From a virus (taxonomy: Duplodnaviria > Heunggongvirae > Uroviricota > Caudoviricetes): a stretch of 64,000 nucleotides of DNA. Under the pieces are notes generated by a model, which saw only the letters and a list, made by a program, of their open reading frames with translations, was not told the DNA's origin and did no database searches. Each line of letters starts with the position of its first letter. The first letter of the stretch is position 1. Positions 37,434-47,974 of this stretch are shown here, in pieces. The stretch is from the IMG/VR virus record IMGVR_UViG_3300017747_005082, positions 73,618-137,617 of that record, one strand, 5' to 3'. Position numbers and translations under genes: made by a program.

Positions 37434-38564
37434 TTATATAAATATTAATTCAGGATAATAATTTTCAATATTTATTACATTAATGGTAAAAATATCCATT
37501 TCATAATTCCCAGGTTCTTTAATATCTCCTAATATATTTTGTATATTTCTAATTATATGAAAATTATTATTATTTAATTGATTACCATCAAAATATATTA
37601 AAATATCATTATCCCTTTCTAATTCTGAAGATGATATTCTTCTTGACAAATTAAAAGATGTATTTTTTTGTTCCGCTTCAATATATTCTTGTATTATACT
37701 TTCTTTATCACATTCAAGATATATGTCAGATGCCCAAGGTTCCATATTTTTTAGTATATCAATATTACAGTTTTTAATTACAAATCCAATATCAAACAGA
37801 TTATTTGAATCATATGAACCCCATTTTCTAATATATGTTCTATTTGAATTTTCTTCTATTCTTTGAGTATTTTTTATTCCTTCTTCTGAAAAACGAGAGG
37901 TTTTAGATACAAAATGATAAACAATAGAATCTAATGAAGTAAGACATTTTAATCCTCTTCCTTTTAAACGTCTAATTAAATCATCATCTTCACAATAATA
38001 TGGATTGAATATATTATCAAAACCTCCCATATCCAAAAGAACTTGACGAGAAAGTGACATAAAAAATGTAATTCCATCTTGTGTAGTATTTTTCTTTGAT
38101 AATTTTTCATTTAAAGCAAATTCAACAAATTTATCTCTTTCAAAATTATTAAAATCACTACCAAAATCTCTAATTATTTTACCGGGCCTTTCATGTCCAG
38201 CAAAAATAGGGGGTTCTACTGTAGTATAAGAAATAACTCTATCTTTATGTAAATATTTTTCAAGATTTTCTAAAAATTGAGAAGATACTACCATATCATT
38301 ATGAGCAAATACTACAAAATCTTTAGTAGCAATTTCTATAGCTTTATTATAAGTATCGGAAAATGTTTTTTTATTATAATCAAAGAAAGCTTTTACATTT
38401 GGATCTGTCAATCTTAAATCACATAACCATCCATGGGTTCCATCAGTACTTCCATAAGAAACAAAAATTAACTCTTCTTCAGGATATATTTCCCTAAAAG
38501 TCTTATAAAAATTTTTAGAATATTCTAAATTATCTTTTAATCCTACTAATGTACTAATATTCAT
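37434..38564 (-). CDS. family-2-like glycosyltransferase (376 aa)
   Basis: FVSYGSTDGT matches the GT2 DDGSTD-type nucleotide-sugar motif; FAHNDM downstream. Confidence 0.5.
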   Translation of the reverse strand: MNISTLVGLKDNLEYSKNFYKTFREIYPEEELIFVSYGSTDGTHGWLCDLRLTDPNVKAFFDYNKKTFSDTYNKAIEIATKDFVVFAHNDMVVSSQFLENLEKYLHKDRVISYTTVEPPIFAGHERPGKIIRDFGSDFNNFERDKFVEFALNEKLSKKNTTQDGITFFMSLSRQVLLDMGGFDNIFNPYYCEDDDLIRRLKGRGLKCLTSLDSIVYHFVSKTSRFSEEGIKNTQRIEENSNRTYIRKWGSYDSNNLFDIGFVIKNCNIDILKNMEPWASDIYLECDKESIIQEYIEAEQKNTSFNLSRRISSSELERDNDILIYFDGNQLNNNNFHIIRNIQNILGDIKEPGNYEMDIFTINVINIENYYPELIFI

Positions 38565-38851
38565 TGTTTAAACGATAAGGTTTAATTATTGAAATAGGAG
38601 AATTTTTAGAATATTGAAATTCATCTAAGAGATAAAAATATTTCCCTATTATTTCTAAATCTTGAAAATCTTCAATAATTTCCCATTTATTATTAAATGT
38701 GGATAAAATTTCCCTATATTTGATATCTGAATCTAAATCTTTTAAATAAATTGTAGTATTTGTTAATTCTAGTACTTTTCCTTTGAAAACAGTAGGATAT
38801 GAAGTATGTTTTTGTTTAAAGATATATGTGCTGTTTTGTTTTAATTTCATA

Positions 38852-39331
38852 TTATCTAAGTTGGTTTATATCTATTCGTTTTATTGATTTACTTTTTTGT
38901 TTTGCATATTTAACACAATTAGCAGTACCTCCTGAAGTTCCATCCCATACAGCAATTAACAAATCACAATTGTCTACCATCCATTCATTTCTCTTTTGCA
39001 TACAAAATGGAGTATATTCAGTTTGAGTAACGTAATGTATATCAGTAAACTCAGAATGTAATATTTTGTTATATCTAATTTTAGATTTCTCAGGCCACAT
39101 TTTATCTTGATTAAAGCATGGTATAGCAGCTATTAATGGGATTTTATTTTCAATAGCTAATTCAGCCCATAATATATCAATTCCTAAAGCCATTCCACTA
39201 ATGAGAGCATTCGGATTAGTATAGTCAATATAATCTTGGAGTTGAGATTTAATTTTAATAATTAAAGGACTAATTAAATCATAATCATTCCCTAATTTAC
39301 TTGGTCTATGTCCAGTTATTGCTATTTTCAT
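38852..39331 (-). CDS. SLOG/YpsA(DUF1273)-like Rossmann-fold protein (159 aa)
   Basis: MKIAITGHRP...GMALGIDILWAE...LIAVWDGTSGGT pattern. Confidence 0.4.
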   Translation of the reverse strand: MKIAITGHRPSKLGNDYDLISPLIIKIKSQLQDYIDYTNPNALISGMALGIDILWAELAIENKIPLIAAIPCFNQDKMWPEKSKIRYNKILHSEFTDIHYVTQTEYTPFCMQKRNEWMVDNCDLLIAVWDGTSGGTANCVKYAKQKSKSIKRIDINQLR

Positions 39332-39633
39332 TTAATATGACTTTGAACTCCATTAATATCAGGTTTTCCCCATTTTCTTTTTCGATTAATTTCCATTTTC
39401 TCAGAAACTGCATTCGATATATCTTCAAAAGTCATACCATCAGAATGAGCTCCTCCAAATAATAAAATAAAACAATCAGCCCATTCTAATCTTTTATTTT
39501 TAGAACCTGTTTTAATATCATTAATTAATTCCTTTATTTCTTCATTTAAATGAGATAATTTAGGTAAAGGGTTTTGTTTACCAAATGTTTCTTCTTGCCA
39601 TTTAGTAACAGCTAAAAATTGATCTTTAGTCAT
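39328..39633 (-). CDS. MazG-like nucleotide pyrophosphohydrolase; start probably the internal Met (MTKDQF...)
   Basis: EEIKELINDIK...RLEWADCFILLFGGA...EKMEINRKRKW, an all-alpha MazG/dimeric-dUTPase-like pattern; the longer track ORF overlaps 39635..40399. Confidence 0.45.
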   Translation of the reverse strand: MTKDQFLAVTKWQEETFGKQNPLPKLSHLNEEIKELINDIKTGSKNKRLEWADCFILLFGGAHSDGMTFEDISNAVSEKMEINRKRKWGKPDINGVQSHIK

Positions 39634-39634
39634 A

Positions 39635-40399
39635 TTATCTACCTTTAAATTCTGGATATAATTCTTTACCTGAATCTGATTGCCAAAATTCTTTAGTTTT
39701 AATATCCATAATAGATACATAACCATGCCATCCACCACCTGTATCAAGATTCCATATATTAGCAGCATTCATAGGTTCATTTTTTTTCCAAAATTGAGTT
39801 GAAGTATGTCCTATAAATACTTCTTTAAAATCCCCTACCATTTTAAATTTAGGTCTCCAACCTGGAGTATATTCTGGTAAATCTAAATTAGTCATAGTAC
39901 CATAAGATAATGCTTGACTCCATAAATCTCTATCCCAATAAAATATAAATTCTTCCTGATCTTCTAATTTTTCATGTCTATTAAATCCACCATGTACAAA
40001 TAGATTATTTTCATCATCTATATAATATGGTAATTGGTTTTTGAAGAATTCAACATGAGTATTTGGAATATGTCCATATATTATTGTATTTTCACCTGGA
40101 TATTTCTCAAGATAAGATAATGCTGTTGCTTTTGCACCTTGAGACCATCCAGAACCGTGCCTTCCAGAACATAACCAATCATTAAACCATTCGTCATGGT
40201 TACCTTTAATAGGAATCAAATTTTTTATTTTAAGTAATTCTTCAATAACTTCAAATGATTGACTATGACCATCTACTACATCTCCTAATGAAATGAGAGT
40301 ATCATTTTTATAATCAAAATTACTTCTCTCTAAGGCTTGTATTAAACCTTTATAATTTCCGTGGATATCTCCTATTACTAATATTCTATTTGTTTTCAT
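39635..40399 (-). CDS. calcineurin-like metallophosphoesterase / PPP-family phosphatase (254 aa)
   Basis: VIGDIHGNY, GDVVDGH and GNHDE motifs. Confidence 0.7.
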   Translation of the reverse strand: MKTNRILVIGDIHGNYKGLIQALERSNFDYKNDTLISLGDVVDGHSQSFEVIEELLKIKNLIPIKGNHDEWFNDWLCSGRHGSGWSQGAKATALSYLEKYPGENTIIYGHIPNTHVEFFKNQLPYYIDDENNLFVHGGFNRHEKLEDQEEFIFYWDRDLWSQALSYGTMTNLDLPEYTPGWRPKFKMVGDFKEVFIGHTSTQFWKKNEPMNAANIWNLDTGGGWHGYVSIMDIKTKEFWQSDSGKELYPEFKGR

Positions 40400-40572
40400 T
40401 ATATAATCCTTTAATTAAATGAGTTAATTGATTAATATCTTCTATTATAGGAAGATCTTTCCCACAATATCTAAAGAAAATATAATCCTCGTAAATGGCA
40501 GCTTTTAGAGATTTAAATTCAAAAATATTCTTTTTAATTTCTATAAATCCTAATTCTTTTATTTTTTCTAAA

Positions 40573-41463
40573 TTACTTATTTGCATATAATATTTGTTTA
40601 TATAGTTCTAAATGTTGTTTAGCAACAACATTTCTTTTAAATCTTTCTATTTTTGGAGGATATTTTAATTGAACATCTAAAATATTTCCTTGATAATCAA
40701 CTTTATAGATATAACTAGGTATTCCACACATCCATCCCTCAATCGTAGTTCTTCCACCAATTCCTACGGTAAAATCTGCGTATTTAACGTGGATCTCTGT
40801 ACCATAACATGGATCTATAATTTCAATTAGTTCATTATTAAAATTACGTTTACTTCGAGATATAATAGTTAATCTGTGATTATTTTCAATACAATTTTGA
40901 ACGGCATGTTCAATCATATGGGAACGTAATGGATCATTTATCTCTCCAATTAAAATACCAGTTGTCTTTGCTCTTTTAGAAAATGATCTACCTAAATTAG
41001 GTTTAAATCTTTCTTCATTAATTGGATTATAAATTAAAGAAATATCTTTTGTTTTTATTCTATATTGATTTTTTAAACATCTGTAAATATCAGGTTGGAC
41101 TGCTATATAATGTTTTATAGAATCATGTTTTACTGCATCTTCACTCCTTAAAGCTGAATGGATAATAGAAATTTTAGGAATTGATGGATATTTTTGACAT
41201 AAAATAGAATTTGGTAGTGGTTGAGATGCAATAATTAAATCAAAAGAGATGTTATAATTTGATATTAATTCTTCTAATCCAATACATTTTATTCCTTGGT
41301 TTAATAATTTATCAAATAAATGAAAATCTAAATTTGGTTTGGTATAAGTAGCAAAATATATATCTAATTCCTTAAATTTAGATAAACCCATTAATAGCTC
41401 ATAGTGATATAATTCACTACCACCATAGGCGTTCATATTTTGACAACTAATTAAAATTTTCAT
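40573..41463 (-). CDS. glycosyltransferase-like protein (296 aa)
   Basis: Rossmann-like MKILISCQNMNAYGGSE N-terminus typical of GT-B enzymes; weak. Confidence 0.35.
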   Translation of the reverse strand: MKILISCQNMNAYGGSELYHYELLMGLSKFKELDIYFATYTKPNLDFHLFDKLLNQGIKCIGLEELISNYNISFDLIIASQPLPNSILCQKYPSIPKISIIHSALRSEDAVKHDSIKHYIAVQPDIYRCLKNQYRIKTKDISLIYNPINEERFKPNLGRSFSKRAKTTGILIGEINDPLRSHMIEHAVQNCIENNHRLTIISRSKRNFNNELIEIIDPCYGTEIHVKYADFTVGIGGRTTIEGWMCGIPSYIYKVDYQGNILDVQLKYPPKIERFKRNVVAKQHLELYKQILYANK

Positions 41464-42009
41464 ATTTTATTAACTAATTCTATAATTTCTCTTAACTGAT
41501 TGTAAATCTCTTGTTCTGTAATTAATTCACGAGGGCTATCAGGATTACTTAATTTATATTCTAATGAATGAGATAATAATGCTAATTTTAAATTAATAGG
41601 TCTAAATGAACTTATATCTATTATTCTTAAATTTTTAGTTTCCATAATTAAAATTTTTCTTTAATAAAGTCTTCTATTTTATTCTCTAACCAATCTTGAT
41701 GTTCTTGATCTCCATGTTTTATTTCTTGGAATAATTCTCTTAAATAACTTTTACACAATCTTTCAAAAGGGATAGGATATTTTCTATATTTTAAATGTTG
41801 AAGATATTTATATGTTTCTGTTAAACTACAACTAAATTCAGTATTATTTGTTTTATTTTCTATTATCAATCTAGGTACATATCCTTGAGTAGTTATCTTA
41901 GTTATAGGCATATTAATTATAAGAATATCTTCTATCGAGATATTTTTCCAAAAATCAAACTTTGTTCTTCCTTTATATTTTTCTTCAATTATAATATAAA
42001 GAGCTAATT

Positions 42010-42615
42010 TTAATCCTTCCATAATTGAAATATTATTCCTTGTGAATATTTTCGATATACTCTATATCCTTCATCCTCCATTAATCTAACTACATCTTTC
42101 CATCCATATTCTAATTTATGAGTTGAAATATCACCTTCCCAAGTTTGCCCATCCTCTGTAATAGGACATTCAAAATAAACCCAATTAACTCCACTACAAT
42201 ATTTTACCAATTGTTCAAAATGTTGATTTGATAAATGCTCAATAAAATGAGTAGCAAAAATTATATCAGCTTCTTCTGTTCTTTTATCTTCAAACCAATT
42301 AAATTTAGAAGGAAAAATATAACTAAATTTGGGATTATTACAGTTTATTTTTTTAATAGCGGCTTTACATATTTCAATACCTTTCCATTGTTTTATATCT
42401 TTAAAAATAGATAAAGCTTGTTGAGCCATATCTCCTTTCCAACAACCAAATTCTAATATTTTATCATTTTTAGCTATTGTCAATAATTCATTTACAATAG
42501 GAAATGTATAGTGAGCTTGATTAGGATACCTGGATTCTAAATCATTATGATATTCTACTTGTTCTTCTAAAGTCATAGTCTCATAAGACTTTCTCCAATT
42601 ATCAAATTCATTCAT
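42010..42615 (-). CDS. class I SAM-dependent methyltransferase (201 aa)
   Basis: ILEFGCWKGDMA resembles methyltransferase motif I (E/DxGxGxG). Confidence 0.5.
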   Translation of the reverse strand: MNEFDNWRKSYETMTLEEQVEYHNDLESRYPNQAHYTFPIVNELLTIAKNDKILEFGCWKGDMAQQALSIFKDIKQWKGIEICKAAIKKINCNNPKFSYIFPSKFNWFEDKRTEEADIIFATHFIEHLSNQHFEQLVKYCSGVNWVYFECPITEDGQTWEGDISTHKLEYGWKDVVRLMEDEGYRVYRKYSQGIIFQLWKD

Positions 42616-43283
42616 TATTTAAGATTTTTATGTATATTTATAGTTTCTTCGTATTCTTCAATTAAATCATCCATACCCCAAACGGTATTATATCCATTTG
42701 CTCTAGTTAATCCAATAGTATTTTCTTTTAAATGTTTAACAGGATTTCCAACATATATTTGTCCTGGTAATATTTTAGATTTCTTAGTAACTACTCCTCC
42801 CATTCCTATCATAGAAAATCCTCCTAAAATAGAAAATTGATGACATATAGAACCTAATCCCATATTTACTCCATCTAATATTTCTGAATGTCCTCCAACT
42901 AATACATTACAAGATAATGTAATTTCATTATTTAAAATACAATCATGTCCTAGATGAGAACCTCTTAACATTATATTATTGTTGTATATTTTTGTATGTC
43001 TTGATGAACCTGAATTAATAGTAACATATTCTCTAAAAACATTATTACTTCCAATATCAACTGAATATTTAGATTCTGTGTTATGGAATAATCCCTTATA
43101 TTCAGGGTTAGTACCAATAGAACAGTATGCTTCAAATCTGTTGTTATCTTCCATTCCTACTCCTTTTTTTATAATACAAAAAGGGCCAATATAATTATTT
43201 TTACCCATTATTACACCTTCTTCTACAATAGCAGTATGGTGGATAAAGTTACTTTTATCATGAATTGTTTTAAATAATTTCAT
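42615..43283 (-). CDS. hexapeptide-repeat (left-handed beta-helix) acyl/acetyltransferase (222 aa)
   Basis: Repeated [LIV]-G-x-x-x-x hexads (IGSNNVF, LGHDCILNNEITL, VLVGGHSEILDGVNMGLGS, IGMGGVV). Confidence 0.6.
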   Translation of the reverse strand: MKLFKTIHDKSNFIHHTAIVEEGVIMGKNNYIGPFCIIKKGVGMEDNNRFEAYCSIGTNPEYKGLFHNTESKYSVDIGSNNVFREYVTINSGSSRHTKIYNNNIMLRGSHLGHDCILNNEITLSCNVLVGGHSEILDGVNMGLGSICHQFSILGGFSMIGMGGVVTKKSKILPGQIYVGNPVKHLKENTIGLTRANGYNTVWGMDDLIEEYEETINIHKNLK

Positions 43284-43928
43284 TTATAATTTAGAATATA
43301 ATTCATTTTGTTTTTCCTGTTTATCTATTTTTTTAATATGAAGTAATTCATATTCACTCTCTGTAGGTAATTCAGTTCTTAAAGTAAATCCTAATATAGT
43401 TTCATGAACTTTACCTTCCCAATTTAATTTAGATATATTTTTACATATACGATATTGAAAATCAGGATAATTTATTCGATTTTTAGAATCTATTCTCCAT
43501 CCCCATTTTTGAATATGTTCAGGGGTTATTCCTTTAACAAAATTAGATCTAGCAATTCCAAAAACATCAACATTTGGATTTAATTCTAATATTAATGGTA
43601 AATCTGCTATTAATTGTGGATTTGGATTTTCATCAGCATCTATAAAAAATATGTAATCTTTACATAAAGGATGGTTTTTTAATTTATTTTTCCATTCAGC
43701 AAAATTACCATTAAAATTATCAGATATTAATTTAATATATCTTGCTCTATGTAAATCAAATAAAAAATCCCAAAATTCACAAGATTCAGGACACTTATTA
43801 TTATCTACTAAAACAATAATATTATCTTCTTCTCTTTTATTAATTTGAAGGGTTTTAAAAAGTAATTTAAATTCCTCAAACTCATCGGCAACTGTTATTG
43901 CATATGTTATTCTCATATTAATAATCAA
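43284..43928 (-). CDS. GT-A-fold glycosyltransferase with DxD motif (214 aa)
   Basis: IIVLVDNN ... YIFFIDADE (DxD). Confidence 0.45.
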   Translation of the reverse strand: MIINMRITYAITVADEFEEFKLLFKTLQINKREEDNIIVLVDNNKCPESCEFWDFLFDLHRARYIKLISDNFNGNFAEWKNKLKNHPLCKDYIFFIDADENPNPQLIADLPLILELNPNVDVFGIARSNFVKGITPEHIQKWGWRIDSKNRINYPDFQYRICKNISKLNWEGKVHETILGFTLRTELPTESEYELLHIKKIDKQEKQNELYSKL

Positions 43929-44802
43929 TATGAATTAAAAAGGTAGTATTAATTAATTCAGGATATGTTGTTCTTAACCAATCTTGCAGTTCTCCTTCTT
44001 CTTCTTCCAATAAATTGTATTCAGTATAGACATCACAACCTAATTCATCTAACCAACCTTTATCAATTTCTTCAGGTATATCACAATAGGATACTACCTT
44101 CATATTTAATATTTTTAACATATAACTTTTTTATTTAAATATACAAACTTAATTTATTAAATCCAAATAATCTAAAGAATCTATAAATCCTTCTTTACCA
44201 AACTTAGTTAATGTTGATGGATCATTTTTATATTTAATATATTCTCCTGTTGTTGGATTTTTAAATTTTTCTTTTTCTTCTTCCCTAACTTTAATGGATT
44301 TAATAGCTGCCCATTCCCAATCATCTCTACTAGTACCTAATACAAAGATAATACCTACCCCTTCTATATTTATTGTTTGTGGATACCAAACTCTTTTATC
44401 ACTATCTACTTGTTTAATATCTTTATACAACTCAGGTAAAGTTTCTTCAAAAGTTTCAAAATCAAATTCATCTAATTTCATTAAATCATTTGTTTCAAAA
44501 CCAGTAACTAAACATTTATATGATTTTAATGTTTCGTTAATAGGAGTTATATATGCGCTTTCTTCTAATCCACATAATGGAGAAAATCCTAATTCATCTT
44601 TCATTTTATTTTTTTATTAAAGGTAATATATTAATTTCTTTATATTCAAAAACTACAACTTCATAATCATCCAAACATATTATATGTTTATTATTTTTAA
44701 TAGCTTCTGAGGGGAATACATGCCATGTATATTTATTCGAATACCCAAGTGTAATAAATTCTTGGGTTTTCTTATTTCTAATTTTATATATTTTATTTCT
44801 CA

Positions 44803-46080
44803 TTATACTTTTTTTAATGGAGGTAAAACAACTGAATATGGTAATTTTATATTTGAATCAATTATTGTTTGGATTTTTTCTTTCATTTTATCAAATGAAA
44901 AATTAGTTTTACAATAATATCCTAATCTTAAACCTAAATCTTTATATTTGGGATAATTCTCAAAATAATCTCTTAAAGTAGCACCCGCTATTCCATAATC
45001 AGGGGTAAACCATTTACTTCCTTCAATTAACATATCTTTTATTTGTGCAGATGGGTGAATTGGAGTTAAATTTCCAGGTAATAAAGAAGTAAATTCAGGG
45101 TTACAAAAATCAATATGTCCACTCCAATTAGATACTATCAATGGTTTTTTAGATTGAGTAAATTCAAGTAATGGTTTTCCAAATCCTTCACCTTTAGTTA
45201 AAGATACCATTGCTTTTATTTTTGGATGATTATATAATTCATTCATTTCAATATCTTTTATTTCTCCATGAAGTAAATATATATTAGGTAAATTTGCTGA
45301 GTTTACAGATTCTCTAATTTGCTGAATTTTATCTAAAATAAATTCTCTATCTGTAATAGAACAAGGACCTGACATAGTTTTTAATACTAGTGCAGGTTTG
45401 GTTTTTTTATTTTTAAATGTCTCAAAAAATAATTTAACAAGTCCTCCAACGTTTTTTCTGTCCTCTCCTATATCTCCTTGTAACCAATGACCTGCAAATA
45501 GAAAACAGAAATTTTCTTCAATAGAATCTAATTCTGTTTTAATGGAGCTGTTTTCTAGTTTTGGTAAATATTTATAAACATTTGTAATAAAACCTTCATG
45601 AATTACTTCAATTGGTTTTTCTACTTTTATTCTACCTACAATTTGTTGGGTTTGATCATTTTTTTTATCAAATTGAGAATTTAAAAATACAGACTTAGAA
45701 TGTTCTGATGGAACAATAGTTAAATCCATTGTATTTATAGCCTCAATCCATTGAGGTGCACATAAATCTGTTTCTATTCCAGCAGTAAATAAACAATTCC
45801 ATTTTCCTATAGGTTTTGCTTCAACAGGAATTGTAAACCATAACATAATATCAGGTTGGTATGTTAAATTTTCTAATAGAATATAATCATTTAAGAAACT
45901 CCATTCAGAATTGTTATCTATAAATCCATTTGGAGTATTACCCCAACCACAAGATAATATTTTAATATCCCATTTATCTCCATATAATTCAATTAAGGCT
46001 TTTATTCTTTCTCTTGATGCTCCTCCATAACCAGAGAAAGTATCAATAGGAGCGTACATAACGCATTTTGGTTTATTCAT
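44803..46080 (-). CDS. GT-B (GT4/GT1-type) glycosyltransferase (425 aa)
   Basis: TKGEGFGKPLLEFTQSKKPLIVSNWSGHIDF matches the E-x7-E/GxG donor-binding motif of GT4 enzymes. Confidence 0.6.
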   Translation of the reverse strand: MNKPKCVMYAPIDTFSGYGGASRERIKALIELYGDKWDIKILSCGWGNTPNGFIDNNSEWSFLNDYILLENLTYQPDIMLWFTIPVEAKPIGKWNCLFTAGIETDLCAPQWIEAINTMDLTIVPSEHSKSVFLNSQFDKKNDQTQQIVGRIKVEKPIEVIHEGFITNVYKYLPKLENSSIKTELDSIEENFCFLFAGHWLQGDIGEDRKNVGGLVKLFFETFKNKKTKPALVLKTMSGPCSITDREFILDKIQQIRESVNSANLPNIYLLHGEIKDIEMNELYNHPKIKAMVSLTKGEGFGKPLLEFTQSKKPLIVSNWSGHIDFCNPEFTSLLPGNLTPIHPSAQIKDMLIEGSKWFTPDYGIAGATLRDYFENYPKYKDLGLRLGYYCKTNFSFDKMKEKIQTIIDSNIKLPYSVVLPPLKKV

Positions 46081-46253
46081 TATTTCTAAATTGGTCAGTT
46101 AAAGTTTTTATTTCTTCTCTTAATTTGTTTCCTTCTTTTATAACATCTTCAGAACATGACCATCCATGAATATATAATAAAGGAGAGGTTTTTGTTATTT
46201 GATTTTCTAAAAATTCTATATATTCCTTTTGTTTTAAATATAATTCTTTCATA

Positions 46254-47678
46254 CTAATAAGTTAATGGATGTAATATTTTTTTCTCAGATCTATTTACTG
46301 ACTTAACTAATTCAAATGATTTTCTTGGTTGAAATTTAGTTAATACTTTGTCTACTCCACTTATAATATTTTTACACATATTATTAGATGACATCATAGA
46401 TTCTTCAGACATTACCCATTCTCTACCACTTAGTCCAAATTTTTGTCTTTGTTCTGATTCTAAATTATATACTTCAGTAATGGTTTTTGCTAAGTCTCTA
46501 AAATCTAATTTTGTATCCCAAATATATGGAGTTTGAGGAGATCCAATTAATGATATATTATTTGGAAAAACAGGTTTTGCCCACTCTCCACATTTTTTAT
46601 ATGTACCAAAATGGTTTGAAGGGAATTTTTCATTGAACTTAATCCATTCTCCATTTTCATCTTCAAATCTCATTTGATCTTGCATACCCCCAGTAACATT
46701 GGCTATAATCATAGTTCCAGCCATCATAGATTCAGTAAGTGATAATCCCCAACCTTCATTAGAGGAAGGTAAAATTGTTACATCAGCAAGATTATACAAT
46801 TCATTCATTTCAGGTGTACCCATTTTTTTACTAGTAAAATATACATTCGATTTTTTACCAAATAACATTTCTCTAACAGCACCTAAATCAGTTCCATTTC
46901 CATCTACAACATCTGTATGTAATAATAATGCGGTGTCTTTTTGTTGTTCAGGAGTTAATTTTTCTTGAAATAATTGCCAAGCAACTAACAAATCAGGTAC
47001 ACTTTTCCTCCTTATATTTCTTGAATTAAAAAATGAAACAAATTTAGGATTAGAACCTCCTAAATATTTTTGTTTTAATTCAGTGATTTTAGAACTTTCT
47101 AATGGATAAAAATCATTTTCATTAATACCATGAGGTACATATTCAATTATTTTATCTTTAGCTAATTCTCCTAATACTAATTTATTAATATTTTCTGTTT
47201 GTCTTGAAATAGCTAATAAACCATCACAAGATTCATAATAAGATTTATTATAAAGTGGAGCAGGATATTCATCCCATATATTATAATAAATTATAGGACA
47301 TTGTTTTCTTACCTCATTTTCAATTTGAAATAACCAAGTAAAATACCTTGGATCAGTAAATATTATTATTGCATCAGGTTTTTCTGTTTTTAACAAATAT
47401 CTCATAATTCTAGCATCTCCATATCCATTAAAAGGATATAAAATTACTGAAGAATCTTCATTTCCTGTTTGTTCATCAATAGTTTTGGATACATCTATTC
47501 TTTGTCCTTGATGAGGATGATTTACACCTGAAGCTAAATTAACCCAATTAAAATAATGGCTTGTACCTTTTACAATTTCTCTGGCCATTGTAGATACTCC
47601 TGAAAATAAGAATATATCATCAGATAATAGTAGTATTTTTTTACGTTCTTCTTTTGGCTTATAACCTTCTTTATGCAT
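46254..47678 (-). CDS. GT-B (GT4/GT1-type) glycosyltransferase (474 aa)
   Basis: LPSSNEGWGLSLTESMMAGTMIIANVTGG conserved donor-binding motif. Confidence 0.6.
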   Translation of the reverse strand: MHKEGYKPKEERKKILLLSDDIFLFSGVSTMAREIVKGTSHYFNWVNLASGVNHPHQGQRIDVSKTIDEQTGNEDSSVILYPFNGYGDARIMRYLLKTEKPDAIIIFTDPRYFTWLFQIENEVRKQCPIIYYNIWDEYPAPLYNKSYYESCDGLLAISRQTENINKLVLGELAKDKIIEYVPHGINENDFYPLESSKITELKQKYLGGSNPKFVSFFNSRNIRRKSVPDLLVAWQLFQEKLTPEQQKDTALLLHTDVVDGNGTDLGAVREMLFGKKSNVYFTSKKMGTPEMNELYNLADVTILPSSNEGWGLSLTESMMAGTMIIANVTGGMQDQMRFEDENGEWIKFNEKFPSNHFGTYKKCGEWAKPVFPNNISLIGSPQTPYIWDTKLDFRDLAKTITEVYNLESEQRQKFGLSGREWVMSEESMMSSNNMCKNIISGVDKVLTKFQPRKSFELVKSVNRSEKKILHPLTY

Positions 47679-47974
47679 ATACTTAATTTAAACTTTTTAT
47701 GATTTAATATATAAAACCTTTATTACAAAACCAAATAATTTTATTCTTTTTCTTTAAATTCTAAATTTGTTGTATTATGAAGTTTACTTTGAAATTCTTC
47801 ATCAGAAAGATATAAAAATAAGGCTCTATCTACTAATTTCTGTAATGAGAATTTTGATTTTATACAAGCTATTTTGAATTTTTCAAATACTTCAGTATCT
47901 ACTTTGACACTTGTAAGACTTTGGTTGATTTTTTTCATGATATTTTATTTTGTATATATAAATATATACAATTT

